This document shows positions 62,897 to 64,000 of a stretch of 64,000 bases of DNA, piece after piece. The notes under the pieces were generated by a model. It was not told where the DNA came from. It made no database searches and worked only from the letters and a program-made list of their open reading frames with translations. This DNA comes from an uncultured Acidobacteriota bacterium (GTDB taxonomy: Bacteria; Acidobacteriota; Vicinamibacteria; Vicinamibacterales; 2-12-FULL-66-21), in contig CAVVOD010000003.1 of assembly GCA_963749835.1 (NCBI GenBank), positions 976,721 to 1,040,720 of the forward strand. Reading direction: 5' to 3'. The translations under genes and the position numbers were made by a program. Numbering within the stretch: the stretch's first letter is position 1; every line of letters starts with the position of its first letter.

Positions 62897-64000
62897 CTAC
62901 GCTGACGTTCGGCGCCGGTCGCCGGCGCGCGCCAGGGCGCGATAGAGCTCCAGCCACCCGGCACGAACCGCCGGCCACGCATACCGTGAGGATTCCTCGC
63001 GGGCGTTGGCGGCGAGCCGGCTCGCCAGCAGCGGATCGGCGATGACCCGGCGCACGTTGCGCGCGAGCGCGTGGACGTCTCCGACCTCCGAGAGCAAGCC
63101 GGTCCGCTCGTGCGCCACGAGACAGGGAATGCCGCCACTCGCGGTGGTCACGACCGGAAGACCGGCGGCAAACGCTTCCAGGATCGAAACCGGCATGTTG
63201 TCTATCCGCGACGCGTTCACGAAGACGTCCGCACGGTCCAGGAGAGCGCCGATGGCGTGCCGCGGGACCGCTCCGCAGAACTCGATCTCGCTGATGCCGA
63301 GATCGCGAACGAGCGCCCGGATGGCCGGTTCGCTCGAACCCGTTCCAGCCAGGAGCAGGCGCGCGCAACGAAACTCACTCTTGATGTCGGCGAACGCACG
63401 CACGACGAGATCGACGGCATAGCCGGGTTCGAAATTGCGCGTACACACCAGCACAGGGCGGATCGTGGGACGAAGCCGGTAGCGCAGGCCGGCCGCATCG
63501 ATCGCGTTTGGAACGACGTCGGTGCGTATCCCGTGGGATGAGAAGATCCCGGCGAGGTACCGTGAAGGGACGACCACGGCATCGGTCCGCCGAAAGACGA
63601 AGCGCGCCAGCGGCGAGTGGCGCAGATGTTCGTCCGCTCGTCCGCTGTGATAGTGGATGAGCGTCCGTCTTCCGAGAAGCCGGGCCACGCACCACGCCGG
63701 CAGCGTGGCCAGCAGGAACGACGAGTGGGACGCCGAGAAGATATGGACGATCTCGGATCGTCGCGCCGCACGCCAGAGCCCGACCAGCCGCGTCGGCAGG
63801 CGCACGACCGTCCGCAGAGCGGGGACGCGCCGTGTCCATCGCAGACCGCGCGGCGGTGTCGGATTGTGAGGAACGAAGGCTACCCGGACCTCGTGGTCCT
63901 CGGACCACTTCCGGACCAGCAAATCCGCCTGCACTTCCTGGCCGCCGAGCCACTCTTGCAGAGACGGGCCTACGACGAGCAGCTGGATCCGGCGTGGTGT
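62897..64000 (-). CDS. GT4/GT1-type glycosyltransferase; 5' end at or beyond the window edge
   Basis: C-terminal GT-B motifs VFVNASRIDNMPVSILEAFAAGLPVVTTASGGIPCLVAHERTGLL. The frame stays open upstream of the annotated GTG to nt 64000 (TPRRIQLLVVGPSLQEWLGGQEV...), which is a typical N-terminus for this family. Confidence 0.8.
   Translation of the reverse strand, partial: TPRRIQLLVVGPSLQEWLGGQEVQADLLVRKWSEDHEVRVAFVPHNPTPPRGLRWTRRVPALRTVVRLPTRLVGLWRAARRSEIVHIFSASHSSFLLATLPAWCVARLLGRRTLIHYHSGRADEHLRHSPLARFVFRRTDAVVVPSRYLAGIFSSHGIRTDVVPNAIDAAGLRYRLRPTIRPVLVCTRNFEPGYAVDLVVRAFADIKSEFRCARLLLAGTGSSEPAIRALVRDLGISEIEFCGAVPRHAIGALLDRADVFVNASRIDNMPVSILEAFAAGLPVVTTASGGIPCLVAHERTGLLSEVGDVHALARNVRRVIADPLLASRLAANAREESSRYAWPAVRAGWLELYRALARAGDRRRTSA

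Noticed and set aside
1-64000. Mobile elements, prophage or defence islands
   Set aside because: No transposase, integrase, recombinase, phage structural, restriction-modification, toxin-antitoxin or cas-like ORF was recognisable. Composition appears uniform by eye.

Overview
High-GC (by eye about two-thirds G+C), densely coding chromosomal segment. It carries strong Acidobacteriota hallmarks. There are four MacB/FtsX-like 'acidobacterial duplicated orphan permease' (ADOP) genes, two of them preceded by a PadR regulator. There are two Oar-type TonB-dependent receptors (TBDRs) with a carboxypeptidase-regulatory N-domain, and a Ser/Thr kinase fused to TolB-like propellers. No rRNA, tRNA, CRISPR, transposase or integrase was seen.

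Main blocks:
(i) 2.6-12.2 kb: a co-oriented TBDR plus three secreted amidases. Two are tandem 768-aa paralogues of a divergent, Cys-rich amidase-signature (AS) enzyme.
(ii) 13-20 kb: ADOP/PadR, the kinase, a secreted beta-sandwich protein and a receiver protein.
(iii) 20.3-21.6 kb: two truncated or chimeric regulators.
(iv) 21.7-27.5 kb: M20 peptidase, an HExxH protein and a large NHL-repeat protein.
(v) 29.8-34.9 kb: an overlapping-gene c-di-GMP signalling operon (thioredoxin-like membrane protein, histidine kinase (HK), CheY, REC-PAS-GGDEF-EAL).
(vi) 35.3-44.7 kb: a second TBDR, Xaa-Pro aminopeptidase, ADOP and a tannase/feruloyl esterase.
(vii) 46.9-59.7 kb: a cobalamin salvage and transport locus (pduO, two BtuFCD-like importers, cobQ, cbiZ, cbiB, divergent btuB) controlled by two back-to-back divergent cobalamin riboswitches.

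Two things are not explained by ordinary annotation.
(a) At least four sequence families of tandem heptanucleotide repeats sit in nine intergenic spots (CTACGTG, CGGGATT/CGGGGCT, GCTGAxA, CACTAAT). Several are arranged as inverted arrays able to form long hairpins.
(b) About ten apparent single-nucleotide frameshifts occur, all in the right half of the window and concentrated in the B12/antiporter region (eight of the ten, counting btuB). I cannot tell real pseudogenisation from assembly indels using the sequence alone.

All functional calls rest on motif recognition by eye. No searches were run.
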